DNA from: Eledone cirrhosa
Lineage: Eukaryota
DNA length: 64,000 nucleotides
Assembly (NCBI GenBank): GCA_964016885.1
Contig: OZ024742.1
Coordinates: forward strand, 131,130,001-131,194,000
Direction of reading: 5' to 3'
The notes beneath the pieces were generated by a model that worked only from the letters and a program-made list of their open reading frames with translations, did no database searches and was not told the origin of the DNA. Of the stretch, positions 40,122 through 51,829 are shown one piece after another. The translations under genes were made by a program, and so were the position numbers. Each line of letters begins with the position of its first letter. Positions within the stretch are counted from its first letter, which is position 1.

Positions 40122-43120
40122 TACTGACTTAAATCATCTCTATTATGCATCGGCTAAAGTCACCACTCACTTATGTGGAGTGAAGATGAAAAAACAAAGG
40201 AATTCCCACAAGAAATCTACTTGGCAAGATAACATCAATCGCCAAATAAACCTTCTCCGATCTGACATAGAAATTTTAACAAACTATAAAGTAGGTGAAC
40301 ATGTTAAACAAACTAAACTTAGAAAATTGAAAAAAAAGTACAGTATAAGATCAACATGTGACATAGACATGCTGATAGAAACAATCAAGCAAAAAGTGTC
40401 GGCCAAAGCTGCTCGTATAAGGCGCTTTGAAAAACGATCTAGATTCTATAAGGACAATAATATGTTCAAAAACAACCAAAGAAACTTCTACAGAAAAATT
40501 GGTAAGTCAACAATAACTGCTAAATCAATACCACCCAAGGAGGAAGTGCAAGAATTCTGGGAAAAGATCTGGGCCGAAGAAAAAGTTCATAACATACATG
40601 CCCCATGGATAGACAGACAAATGAAAGAAACAGCTCACCTTGAAGAACAAACATGGGAAAATATAACAGTTGAACAGCTGCGCTTGGCTCTAAGAAAAAC
40701 CAGCAAATGGAAATCCCCAGGAAAAGACAAAATACAAAACTTTTGGATAAATGCCTTCACAGAGTCTCATGAGCTGTTAGCCCAACTTTACAATGAAATA
40801 GTTAAGGAGCCAGAAAAGATACCATCATGGCTAGTTAACGGCATTACATTCCTGCTACCGAAGAATGATGAGACAAACAATCCCAAAAATTACAGACCGA
40901 TAACCTGCTTGACCACAATGTATAAAATTTTAACATCAGTCCTAACTGAATACACATATGACCACCTGATAACAAATGACCTATTTCCCATTGAGCAGAA
41001 AGGGTGTAAACGAGGCTCATATGGCTGTAAGGATCAGCTTCTGGTTAACAAAATGATACTGGAAGATTGTCATAATAGACACAAAAATCTATCGATTGCT
41101 TGGATAGATTATAAAAAAGCATTTGATAGTTTGCCACACAGTTGGATTGAAAAATGTTTAGAGATTTTCAAAATATCCCCCGTTATCAGGAGGTTTTTGT
41201 CATTCAGTATGAGGACATGGAGAACGACACTCCTTTTGAATAGTGAAACAAAATCACTGGAAGCTGGAGAAGTTAACATTAATTGTGGAATTTTTCAGGG
41301 TGACTCTTTATCACCGCTTTTATTCTGCATCGCACTTATACCATTAAGTAAAATGCTCAATGAAACAAAACATGGATATAGAGTCTATGACAAAACCATT
41401 AATCACCTGTTCTACATGGATGACCTGAAACTATTTGCAAAAAATGATGAACAATTGCAAGGGCTATTATCCACTGTGAAGCAGTTCAGTGATGACATTA
41501 AAATGGAGTTTGGACTGGATAAATGCGCCAAAGCAACGTTCACCAGAGGAAAGCTGCTGAAGAGTTCAGACATTAATCTTGATCGGGGGAACGTGATAAG
41601 AGAGCTTGATCAAGAACAAACTTACAAATATCTAGGTGTTTGTGAAGGAGACGGAATCAAGCACTCGACAATGAGGGAAAGGATAAGGAAGGAATGTTAC
41701 CGCAGAGTCAGAGCAATCTTAAGAACGGAATTGAATGCAAGGAATAGGATCGATGCCATAAACACGCTTGCCATACCAGTAGTAACCTACAGTTACAATG
41801 TCATCAACTGGTCAAGCACAGAGATCCGTAGGCTCGATACAAAAATCCGAAAATTCTTAACCATGCACAGAATGCATCACCCTAAGGCAGACATAGATAG
41901 AATATATCTCCCTAGGAAAGAGGGAGGACGTGGGTTAATCCAGTTAGACATTGCGTTGAAAACTGCAACAATTGGATTATCCACATATCTAAGGGAATCA
42001 CATGATTGGATGATCAAACTCGTTTTGAAACATGAAAGCACCAAAAGATCATATTCCATTACAAAAGATGCACAAAGATACAGTAATGGACTACAAATTT
42101 CAGAAGTCCCATTTACTGCTGAAATGGAAAACACAGAAAAAGCAAAGCAGGTAAAAGTAACTGCAAAGAAAGAACTGCTACAGAAACTGGCTAAGAAATG
42201 GCAAGAAAAGCCTCTGTATGGAAAATACCCAGAGCGAGCTAACAATCCTGATGTTGACAAAACTTTAACCCATCAGTGGTTGGCATCCTCTGGACTGAAA
42301 TCGGAGACTGAAGGACTGATTATATCTGCACAAGATCAGTGTCTGCCAACAAAAAATTACCAAGCCAACATAATAAAAAATGGGTGCAGCCCATTATGCC
42401 GTGTATGCAAAAAACAACCAGAGACCATTGACCATATAATTTCAATGTGCAGTCCTATAGCTCCAACCGAATACCTAAACAGGCATGACAGAGCTGCACA
42501 ATACATACATTGGATAATGTGCAAGCATTTTGACCTGCCCCATCAAAAGAATTGGTGGGAGCATCAACCACCTCCCATACTTGAAAAAGATCACATCTCA
42601 ATCTTGTGGAACTTTAGCATCCAAACAGACCGAAAAATAGATGCAAATAGACCTGATATAATATTGAAGGACTTTCAAAGGAGGGTATGCCTGCTAATTG
42701 ATATGTCTGTTCCAATAGACAAGAATGTATCTATAAAAACATTTGAAAAATTGAGCAAGTATAAGGACCTGGAGATAGAAATTGGAAAAATGTGGAAATT
42801 GAGAACTAAAACAATACCAGTGGTTGTAGGCGCTCTGGGAATGATACCTAAGGGGTCTAACGACTACTTATCGCAAATCCCAGGAAACCTGCGTATAGGA
42901 GAAATACAAAAGATAGTACTAATGGGAACTGCCCATATACTAAGGAAGATCCTGTCAATATAAGTACATCACAAGTCTAAACACTAAGGATGCATGTGTG
43001 AATATGTGTGTTCTTTCTTGAACATGGCGGACCTTGTTGTCTCTTGAGGTCACTGGTTGTGACTTGGTGATAACTCGTATAAACATAAAGCAAGATAAAT
43101 GCAAATAATAATAATAATAA
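40120..43120 (+). mobile_element. 5'-truncated R4/Dong-clade non-LTR retrotransposon inserted in an (AAT)n microsatellite
   Basis: Single ORF with RT, CCHC and RLE; ~140-bp 3' UTR; (AAT)n at 40068-40120 and 43103-43121. Dong-type R4 elements are known to target TAA repeats. Confidence 0.9.
40180..42963 (+). CDS. Non-LTR retrotransposon protein: reverse transcriptase, CCHC zinc knuckle and restriction-like (PD-D/ExK) endonuclease; N-terminally truncated
   Basis: Motifs WKSPGKD, YRPITCL, WIDYKKAFDS, GIFQGDSLSPLLF, HLFYMDDLKL, YKYLG, GGRGL, CRVCKKQPETIDHIISMC, RHD, RPDII and LIDMSVP..K..KY, with no stops over 927 aa. The frame stays open upstream to the ATA repeat (ITDLNHLYYASAKV), so the listed GTG start is not the native start. 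Confidence 0.95.
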   Translation: MKMKKQRNSHKKSTWQDNINRQINLLRSDIEILTNYKVGEHVKQTKLRKLKKKYSIRSTCDIDMLIETIKQKVSAKAARIRRFEKRSRFYKDNNMFKNNQRNFYRKIGKSTITAKSIPPKEEVQEFWEKIWAEEKVHNIHAPWIDRQMKETAHLEEQTWENITVEQLRLALRKTSKWKSPGKDKIQNFWINAFTESHELLAQLYNEIVKEPEKIPSWLVNGITFLLPKNDETNNPKNYRPITCLTTMYKILTSVLTEYTYDHLITNDLFPIEQKGCKRGSYGCKDQLLVNKMILEDCHNRHKNLSIAWIDYKKAFDSLPHSWIEKCLEIFKISPVIRRFLSFSMRTWRTTLLLNSETKSLEAGEVNINCGIFQGDSLSPLLFCIALIPLSKMLNETKHGYRVYDKTINHLFYMDDLKLFAKNDEQLQGLLSTVKQFSDDIKMEFGLDKCAKATFTRGKLLKSSDINLDRGNVIRELDQEQTYKYLGVCEGDGIKHSTMRERIRKECYRRVRAILRTELNARNRIDAINTLAIPVVTYSYNVINWSSTEIRRLDTKIRKFLTMHRMHHPKADIDRIYLPRKEGGRGLIQLDIALKTATIGLSTYLRESHDWMIKLVLKHESTKRSYSITKDAQRYSNGLQISEVPFTAEMENTEKAKQVKVTAKKELLQKLAKKWQEKPLYGKYPERANNPDVDKTLTHQWLASSGLKSETEGLIISAQDQCLPTKNYQANIIKNGCSPLCRVCKKQPETIDHIISMCSPIAPTEYLNRHDRAAQYIHWIMCKHFDLPHQKNWWEHQPPPILEKDHISILWNFSIQTDRKIDANRPDIILKDFQRRVCLLIDMSVPIDKNVSIKTFEKLSKYKDLEIEIGKMWKLRTKTIPVVVGALGMIPKGSNDYLSQIPGNLRIGEIQKIVLMGTAHILRKILSI

Positions 43121-43479
43121 TCACTATTACTATTATTATTACAATGTTGTTGTTATTGATACTTAGAGAGGTTGGTAAGAATATCCGGCTCAATCTAATA
43201 GCGGGTAATTAGAACAGCGGGCAATTGGAACAGCAATTGGGAGGAAGTAACTGAAATAATAGGTATATTCAACAGCTTCGCCAACGTTTTCAGATATTTC
43301 TAACAAGTTTCACTTTAATTTTCCGGTTGCGCCAATGTGGATTGAACAAGTCACAGTGGCTCGTTCATGCAGTACTTAAAGAGAACTTTAGTTAGATTAG
43401 CAGAGAGAAGTTGTGTGAGTTTTCAGCATCTTACACTGTAGTTGGCTACACAGATAATGTCTGAACTGTACAGTCAATT

Positions 43480-43988
43480 TACAACGGATTAACCCAGTAA
43501 CTGGAACAACGGATTAACAGACAGGGACCAGGGACCAGGGACCCGGTAACTGGAACAACGGATTAACTGGCAAGGACCCGGTAATTGGAACAACGGATTA
43601 ACTGGCAAGGACCTGGTGATTGGAACAACGGATTAACCCGGTAACTGGAACAACGGATTAACTGGCAGGGACCCGGTAACTAGAACAACGGATTAACAAG
43701 CAGGGACCCAGGACCCGGTAACTGGATCAACGGATTAACAAGCAGGGACCAGGGACCCGGTAACTGAACAACGGATTAACTGGCAGGGACCAAGGACCCG
43801 GTAACTGGAACAACGGATTAACAAGGAAGGACCAGGGACCCGGCAACTGGAATAACGGATTAACTGGCAGGGACCCGGTATCTGGAACAACGGATTAACA
43901 AGCAGGGACCAGGGACCCGGTAACTGGAACAACGGATTAAGGACCCAGTATCTGGAACTACGGATTAACTGGCAGGGACCCGGTAACT
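43480..43988. repeat. Minisatellite, ~14 units of ~25-49 bp with conserved core ccggtaactggaacaacggattaac
   Basis: Constant core plus a variable number of cagggac heptamers. One further unit lies at 44470-44518 beyond two SINEs. Confidence 0.92.
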
Positions 43989-44465
43989 GTGAAGGCGTGT
44001 GTCTGAGTGGGAAGAGAATTGGATTCACAATCTTGAGGTTGTGAGTTCGACTCTTGGACCAGGCGATGCCTTATGTCCTTGAGAAAGACACTTTATTTCA
44101 CGTTGCTCCTTCTACCTGGAGTTGCGACCGATAGATAGAACTAGCAACTGGAAAAACCGACGGAAACATTGTTTCCTCAGTCCGATTTGACGAAAGTCGA
44201 TCGATCCTTTTCCTTTGTGAAGGCGAATTGCTTAGTGGTTAGAGCATTGGACTTGCAATCGAAAGATTGTGAGTTCAATTCTCTGACCGGGTGATGTGTT
44301 GTTTCCTTGAGCAAGACACTTTATTTAACGTTGCTGCAGTTTACTCAGCTGTCGAAATAGAATGATAGGATTGGAGTCGCTATCATCAAATTACCCAAGA
44401 TACCTCCAACGAGATATACCTTGGAGGAGGTCAGCTAAACCTGCATAGATGTGAGCTGTCACACA
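43989..44465 (+). mobile_element. Two SINE family B copies (43989-44110 partial; 44217-44465 full) interrupting the minisatellite
   Basis: Both start gtgaaggcg and have A/B boxes and the tccttgag(a/c)aagacactttattt core. Confidence 0.85.
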
Positions 44466-44829
44466 CACACCCGGTAACCGGAACAACGGATTAACAGGCA
44501 GGGACCCGTTAACTGGAAGCTAAACGCTCCCTCTCCGATGTGGATATATTTCAAAGAACAGATTAGTGAACTAGTAGGATAAAACACAGCATCTAATGAT
44601 TGCATAGCAACATATTTATCCATTCGACCATGTTGCGTTCATTTATAAAATATGGTGTGGTATGGACCCGTGACACTCGTGGGAGTCGTAGGGGCGCCAT
44701 ATTGACATAGGGCATCTTTAAAACCTGGCGGAGCCCAACTCCTCTCCAGGCCTGATACAGTAGATTTCTTCCAGAGGAGGATAACGAGAGTGAGAGAAAG
44801 GAAATGAGAAAGAGATATATTGAGAAAGA

Positions 44830-45045
44830 AACGACCCCCATTACTTGACTGGTACTTTTTATCGATCATTAAACGATGAAAGGCAACGTTGACCTGGACG
44901 GGATTTGAACTCAGAGAGCAGAGAGCCGATATAAATACTACAAAAGTATTTGATATATTCGTTTATCATACACGCATACACATGTATGTATACATATATA
45001 TATATATCTCCGACATGCTAACCACTCTGCCAATTCGCCGCCTAT
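44830..45045 (-). mobile_element. Diverged SINE family A-related copy with an internal AT/CA insertion
   Basis: ctggtactttttatcga...gatgaaaggc...ggatttgaactcag...ctgccaattcgccgcc. Confidence 0.7.
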
Positions 45046-45875
45046 TTTATAAAATAAGAATATCACATACAAAATATCACATAGCTAGTAGTCCTGTATA
45101 TTGGATTGTGTTATCCCAAAATGTTTCTCTGTAGTTCAAGTTCAACATAACTTCCATCGCCTATTTTTGAAACATGAAATAAAAGCAACATAACTATGTT
45201 GCTCAGATTTGATGAACTGATTAAACGAATCGATTATCTGGCATCTAGATGGTTCTAGAGATTCGAGATTATCGATTATACTCACACACTGTTTCCATCT
45301 TTTTCTCATTTACATCACCATCTGTCTGTCTAATCACCCCCTCCCTCCACACTCCGCTCTCTCTTTAACACTATCCTCTCCTCTCTCATTACCTTACATA
45401 AACTTTTAATTTTGTTTTGCTCTGAGAAAATCCAATAACGTGCTCAAGTCAATTTTGGGCTAAAAGTAATTTACTTGTTAATGAAAATTAATTTTAAAAT
45501 TAGACAAGCTCTTACAGTATTGCGTATGCACACATATACACGCACACATACACAATACATATACACACACACACACACATACACACGCACACACACATAT
45601 ATGCACACGCGCACACACACACACACACACACGCACATACAAATACACATACACACACACATATATTCCCATAGATATATACAGAAACATGCACATGCCT
45701 TCATTGATGTATTCGTATATCATACACACATACACACGTGCGCACACGCACACATATATGTATACATATATATGTAAGCATATATGTATGTATGTGTGCA
45801 TACGTCTGGATGCTAGTGTGTATGTGCATATAGTTATACATATATTCACTTGCAGTGAGTAAATATATGTATTTA

Positions 45876-45911
<36 letters not shown>

Positions 45912-46218
45912 TTTTGAGTTTATGTTGGTTGTATACCAACACCTCAGTATGCAGGCTGGAGCACTCGACGAAGTGCGCAGGTTGGTTTGGTTACTCCGGA
46001 GTAGTGTAAAATAAAGTTCCTTATAGTAGTGTAAAATAAAGTTCCTTAAAATAAAGAACTTTATTTTATATATATATATATATATATGTTCACATGCCAA
46101 CGCATGAGCAAGAATGAAGGGTTCATTCTACTGACATGGCTATAAAATTGAGGGTTGTTTGCATAATTGCAAACGAATCGAATGTTATTATTAATATTCG
46201 AAAATCTCAGATTTCATT

Positions 46219-46266
<48 letters not shown>

Positions 46267-46272
<6 letters not shown>

Positions 46273-47298
46273 TTAATTATACTATTTATGGTTATGTAAA
46301 TACAAAAACCTTTTGCAGTTATATATATTTTTATACAAACCCTAAATAGTGGTAGGCAGTAATATGTTACTACCTTATTACCAGTAAGTTAAGTAGCTCA
46401 ATGTAAAAACATCAGATGATTTACAGAGCAGTTATATGAATTATAAGAATCAAAGAACTGTTCAAAACATTTTTATGCTTACAACTGTTTCCTCCAAACC
46501 GAGGTTTGGATTCTTCGGAGCAATTTATTAATGAATGAACACTTATATGACCTCCTTTTCACCCAAGAGACATACAGATACATATGCAAATATTGTGGGT
46601 CAACATTCATTACAGCATTTAGAGTGGCAGTACACACTTAGAGATTACATTCATATTAAAAGATACAATCAAAAATACAGGTTAAAATACAACATGAAAA
46701 TAAGCGGTTATATAGTGCAAAGGTTATATGTGTGGCAAGCACGTGCGTCTTGTTTATATAATGTGGCAGAGAGTTACGTGTAGTAGAAGCACTTAAGTAG
46801 GTAAACAAGAGTGTTAGGTTGGTTGATCTGGTGACAAATTCTTTATATGATTGTTATAGTCTGTGTGTGGAGAAATAATATAAACATTAAAAATAGTGCA
46901 AGCATTAAAAATATTAAAAATATTGGAAATGCGCAGCGAAGCGATGATATGGACTTCATGTACTTCGACATTTTCATAGTCTGGGGAGTGTATTTTTCAG
47001 ATTATATGCCCCTCACATAATCCACGACGATTCGATATTGAGCGTTTGACAATCCAGTTAGAGAATCGTAGTCTGATGTTCTTTAGTTCAATACAGGAGG
47101 ATGTTACGTTTCGAGAATCGACATCGAAATACTACCCGAAAGTGTGTGTGTGGCTAAGGGGAGTTAATGCCTGAGGGGAGGTAACTCCGAGGTTTCTATT
47201 ACTAACTACTAAAATGTGTCTCAAAATAGACCCTAACTTCTATGGTTATGCGCAATTTCTAAAAAATTTCTAAAACTTAAAATGTTTCAACTATAGAG
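46267..47298 (-). repeat. PLE pseudo-LTR, 3' copy (1032 bp)
   Basis: Matches 50456-51487 at a constant offset of 4189, with about a dozen substitutions and no indels by eye. Confidence 0.95.
46476..46522 (-). ncRNA. Minimal type I hammerhead ribozyme-like motif in the pseudo-LTR
   Basis: Minus strand: tgct-CCGAAGA-a-tccaaac-ctcg-gtttgga-g-GAAAC-agtt-GTA-agca (stem I tgct/agca, 7-bp stem II, short stem III). Confidence 0.7.
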
Positions 47299-47965
47299 TA
47301 GTCTATTAAGTTGTGCTGAAGGTGTTCGTATTATTATGGTGATTAACCCCCATCGTAGAGTGCCACAAATGAATATTACAGGCGACGAGCGAGGATTCTA
47401 AATTAATGATCTCTGTGGTTGCAGTCTACTCAAAGAACCAGCCGCGGTGATTGCAGAATCACTTCAACACACAATGATCTCTGGTAAGTTCTGGGTCATC
47501 GCTTGCTACATTGGATGTTGAAAGATAATCATCACCAGGGCCGACCAGAGGTCAATCCGCAGTCCTCATGACCTCAATCTGACCACCAAATCATCCATAT
47601 ATGTACAACCCATACGCCACCTGCAATACATTCATTCCCTGCACTCAGCGTACCGGTCATACTGCTCATCAGCGTTACTAGATTAATTCGTTTTTCATCT
47701 GTCCAACGATGGCACTTCCTCCGCACAACACTAACAAGACAATCAATTCATGCTTAAATTACCTATAGAGCGGTGTAGTGCAGTTCAAGTGGGTGGATGT
47801 TGTCACACCTAAAGTAGAGGTACAAAGGGGTATTCGCCTTGCGAAGGGTTCTAGAGGGATGTCGCTGTTTGTGTTATATTAGATCAGTGAGTGTTGGGTA
47901 TGTGGTATAAGGTGTGCCCCTGGTGTTTGATGCTAGAGGTGGTGTTTGGTTCAAGTCCGACATTG

Positions 47966-50411
47966 CTATATATTGGGCTTAAAGTTTTGGAAGGAATGTC
48001 TGAAGCGGTGCTGGCAAGTTGCAAACACTTCAGATTTTTTGTTAAGTAGGTTACGGTTAGAGAAGATAATATTGTGGGTCTCTAGTATACAGAGGTTACA
48101 AAATTTATTAGGTGGTTTGTACGAAGTCGCGCTACCTATCACTTCCCATTTGAGTGTGTAAGGTTTATTTTTAGTTTTTAGATAGTGTATGTAGCTAGAT
48201 AGTGAGGTGGAGTTGGCTAGACTGTGCTTTTTGAACGAGTGGATGTGCGAATTATATCTGATTTTGAAGCAGTTAGAAGTGGAGCCTACTTAGGTTTCTG
48301 AAGAGTTGCTAGTTGTGACGGTGCATGAGTATATGATATCCTTGGTTAGGCATTTTTTATCTAAAGGGCAGGTTCTATTAGCTCTACAGTTACAATTATC
48401 CTGTGTGTTAGTCTGCTGGTTATAATGCAGTGCAGAAGTCTGGGTGGTAGCTATAGGATTTTGGACATTCGGGTTGTCGACCACGGTGTTATTTCTTATA
48501 CTAGTGTTATTTCTATTGTTACTGCCGTTACTATGGTTGCTTGCTACAGAGGTATTTAGAAGGTTTACCTCCTGTTGTGATTTCGTTTGTTGGAAGTAAG
48601 AATTAATTTTACTTTTATTGCTGCTAGCTATGTGGTATGCTAAGTTAGGCGTCGTAGAGTATGAGATTTTAATAGTGTTTTTGTTTAAAAGGTTGTGGTA
48701 CTTGTGTCCTAGAGGGAAGTTTTTATCCAGTAGCGAGAAGAAAGCCCTAGGTATGTTGGTGGAGACATTTAGGTTGAAAGGAGGGTTGAAAAATGTATTA
48801 TTTCTTCTTCTATTTTTGTTTTTAGTGTCTGGTGTGTTGTTTCTTCCTAAGGCACTGCGGTAGTTTCCGTGGTAATGGTTACTTCCGGTGGCACCCTCCG
48901 CTTTGGTGTACTTGTGGTTGCTATTCCTATTATTAGGTTTCCTCATGGACATGTTGTGCGAGATGATGTTGTAGCTATGCGCTTTCTTAGGTAGGAACTC
49001 AATTTCTATATTATGGCCGGATCTAGCTAATGCTTGATTATAATATTGTGAGTTTTTGCTAAATATGTTTGCGTCATAGGATAGATTAGAGATTCTATTG
49101 GATATCCCCTTAGAGATAGAGTTTAATATTGATCTAGGGTGATTAGACTTGGTATCTACGTAAATGAGTTTTTCGTTAGGCTTATGGAAAGGTGTATATA
49201 TTTTTGAGTCTAGGTATAGTGTGGCGTCTAGGAAGTTAACATTTTTAGTGTTTTTGTCCATGGTGATACCAAGGTTAAAGTTTTTGAACGTCTTGTGCAA
49301 TAGTTTTCTAGTTCTTTCTATATTAAATTTTTTATATTCTATAAGTAGAAGTGCATCATCGCGGTACAAACCACCGTTGAGGTAAGGGAGGTCCTTATGG
49401 ATTTCATTAAGAAGGTATAGGTCGACCAAATCAGTGACCTGCGCCGAGTCACTAGATCCCATGGTTATGTCGAAGTTGTTGTGCGTATCCTTGCGTGTCC
49501 ATAGTTGATCCTCGAAGGTGATTATGGTTTTACGGGCCGCAAGGATGACATCAATCTGGGCTCTAGTCAGGTCGCTATTGTTCATGGCCATGATTAGTGC
49601 CTTATTTAATAGGATAGGGGAAATAGAGGTGTAGTATGAATTGATATCAAATTGAATACATTTTTTGTCCTTATTATTCTTGATATCTTTGAACTTCACT
49701 CGTATTTCCCCATTGTTTAAGGTGTATCTTGTGTTTAATTTGTGGGATGATTTTATCTAAAATTTTCTTGCTGATAATACCAATGTCGGACTTGGAAGGG
49801 CAGAAAAGTCTTATCGAGGGGTTGCTAATGAAGTCCTCCTTATGATCCTTCAGAGAGAATCTAGGGGGGGGGGTGTATGGTTGTGTATGCCTCTGAAGTC
49901 CTAGTTTAGACACTATATTATATCCCTCTATATTAATATCTTCTAAGTTTTTCAAGGTGGTCTTCTTGTAGCTTTTATGTAGTTCATTATATATAAACTT
50001 TCTATAAGTATTATAATCTAGGCTGTATATGTTATTAGTTTTATCTGCGTGTACAATAATTTTATTACTAGTTTTGAATCCATTAATAGAGGTGTTAAGT
50101 TTGTTTAAGAAGGTGTTGCTACTATTATGGTGCTTATTGTATTTAATGTTCTTAACTAGTTTAACTAGGTCATTTTCAAAGGAGTTGAGTAGCGTGTTAT
50201 GAGGGGGGCTTTTAAAGGTTTTAAAGCCGAAGGAGTCAAATTTGTTAGTATTATTAACATTGTTAGATCTGTTTCTATCATAATGGAATGTCCTCCATCT
50301 CACTCTATTGATAAATGAATTTACACTGTTGATCAACAATTTCTCATATATATTCCTGGGTGGTATTGGTATGTTCTTGGTTGACATGGGGAGTTGGTCT
50401 TTGATTAGCAT
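47966..50411 (-). pseudogene. PLE RT + GIY-YIG ORF with one frameshift (~49695) and one stop (48290)
   Basis: ADKTNN, LKDHK..RLFCPSKSDIG, QFDINSYYTSI, FDITMGSSDS, GGLYRDDAL, NFLDATL, SNHP, CNCRANRTCPLDKKCL, IIYSC..ET*VGST..FKIRYNSH, CNLCILE, LNKKSE..TCQH. Confidence 0.92.
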
Positions 50412-50455
50412 ATTGGTAATTTATTGTATGTCAGCTCAACAATATGGAGCAGTTA

Positions 50456-51487
50456 ATAGTATTAATTATACTATTTATGGTTATGTAAATACAAAAACCT
50501 TTTGCAGTTATATATATTTTTATACAAACCCTAAATAGTGGTAGGCAGTAATATATTACTACCTTATTACCAGTAAGTTAAGTAGCTCAATGTAAAAACA
50601 TCAGATGATTTACAAAGCAGTTATATGAATTATAAGAATCAAAGAACTGTTCAAAACAGTTTTATGCTTACAACTGTTTCCTCCAAACCGAGGTTTGGAT
50701 TCTTCGGAGCAATTTATTAATGAATGAACACTTATATGACCTCCTTTTCACCCAAGAGACATACAGATACATATGCAAATATTGTGGGTCAACATTCATT
50801 ACAGCATTTAGAGTGGCAGTACACACTTAGAGATTACATTCATATTAAAAGATACAATCAAAAATACAGGTTAAAATACAACATGAAAATAAGCGGTTAT
50901 ATAGTGCAAAGGTTATATGTGTGGCAAGCACGTGCGTCTTGTTTATATAGTGTGGCAGAGAGTTACGTGTAGTAGAAGCACTTAAGTAGGTAAACAAGAG
51001 TGTTAGGTTGGTTGATCTGGTGACAAATTCTTTATATGATTGTTATAGTCTGTGTGTGGGGAAATAATATAAGCACTAAAAATAGTGCAAGCATTAAAAA
51101 TATTAAAAAAATTGGAAATGCGCAGCGAAGGGATGATATGGACTTCATGTACTTCGACATTTTCATAGTCTGGGGAGTGTATTTTTCAGATTATATGCCC
51201 CTCACATAATCCACGACGATTCGATATTGAGCGTTTGACAATCCAGTTAGAGAATCGTAGTCTGATGTTCTTTAGTTCAATACAGGAGGATGTTACGTTT
51301 CGAGAATCGACATCGAAATACTACCCGAAAGTGTGTGTGTGGCTAAGGGGAGTTAATGCCTGAGGGGAGGTAACTCCGAGGTTTCTATTACTAACTACTA
51401 AAATGTGTCTCAAAATAGACCCTAACTTCTATGGTTATGCGCAATTTCTAAAAAATTTCTAAAACTTAAAGTGTTTCAACTATAGAG
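50456..51487 (-). repeat. PLE pseudo-LTR, 5' copy (1032 bp)
   Basis: Direct repeat of 46267-47298. Confidence 0.95.
50665..50711 (-). ncRNA. Same hammerhead-like motif in the upstream pseudo-LTR
   Basis: Identical to 46476-46522, and ~250 nt upstream of the ORF start. Confidence 0.7.
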
Positions 51488-51516
51488 GTCATATAAGTGT
51501 TCATTCATTAATAAAT

Positions 51517-51563
51517 TGCTCCGAAGAATCCAAACCTCGGTTTGGAGGAAACAGTTGTAAGCA
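51517..51563 (+). ncRNA. Same hammerhead-like motif in the inverted 5' fragment
   Basis: tgctccgaagaatccaaacctcggtttggaggaaacagttgtaagca, read directly on the + strand. Confidence 0.7.
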
Positions 51564-51598
51564 TAAAAATGTTTTGAACAGTTCTTTGATTCTTATAA

Positions 51599-51658
<60 letters not shown>

Positions 51659-51829
51659 AAAAGGGTGAGGACCCCGACGGCTGAGCTCCGGCCGTTTCCA
51701 CGGCTAGATCCGAACGGGCATATATATATATATATACATACATGTTTATATATTTGCTCGTGAATGTGTATGTATGTATGTATGTATGTATGTATGTATG
51801 TATGTATGTATGTATGTATGTATGTATAT

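Larger units (their letters stand above)
46267..51605 (-). mobile_element. Near full-length Penelope-like element (C-terminal GIY-YIG; resembles the Hydra clade) with direct pseudo-LTRs and an inverted 5' segment, inserted in (TA)n
   Basis: RT and GIY-YIG coding region at 47966-50411; direct repeats at 46267-47298 and 50456-51487; inverted fragment at 51485-51605; (TA)n on both flanks. Confidence 0.93.

Noticed and set aside
41877-42260. 127-aa antisense ORF inside the Dong element
   Set aside because: Shadow frame of the retrotransposon ORF, with no motifs.
43480-43988. CRISPR-like repeat/spacer appearance
   Set aside because: The spacers are variants of one another (cagggac copy number), there are no cas genes and the context is eukaryotic. 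It is a minisatellite.
46535-46783. Duplicated 82-aa ORF (also 50724-50972) as a small gene pair
   Set aside because: It lies antisense within the PLE pseudo-LTRs; the duplication is explained by the repeat and there is no recognisable domain.
47630-47675. CTGATGAG on the minus strand in the PLE 3' UTR as another hammerhead (similarly ctgacgag at 53562 and ctgaagac at 55971)
   Set aside because: No stem II closed by GAAA, and no stem I or III pairing, could be found.
48290-48292. In-frame stop in the PLE endonuclease as selenocysteine or readthrough recoding
   Set aside because: The codon is TAA, not TGA, and it replaces the Tyr of the Y(I/V)G motif by a single substitution. The endonuclease is C-terminal, unlike selenoprotein Naiads.
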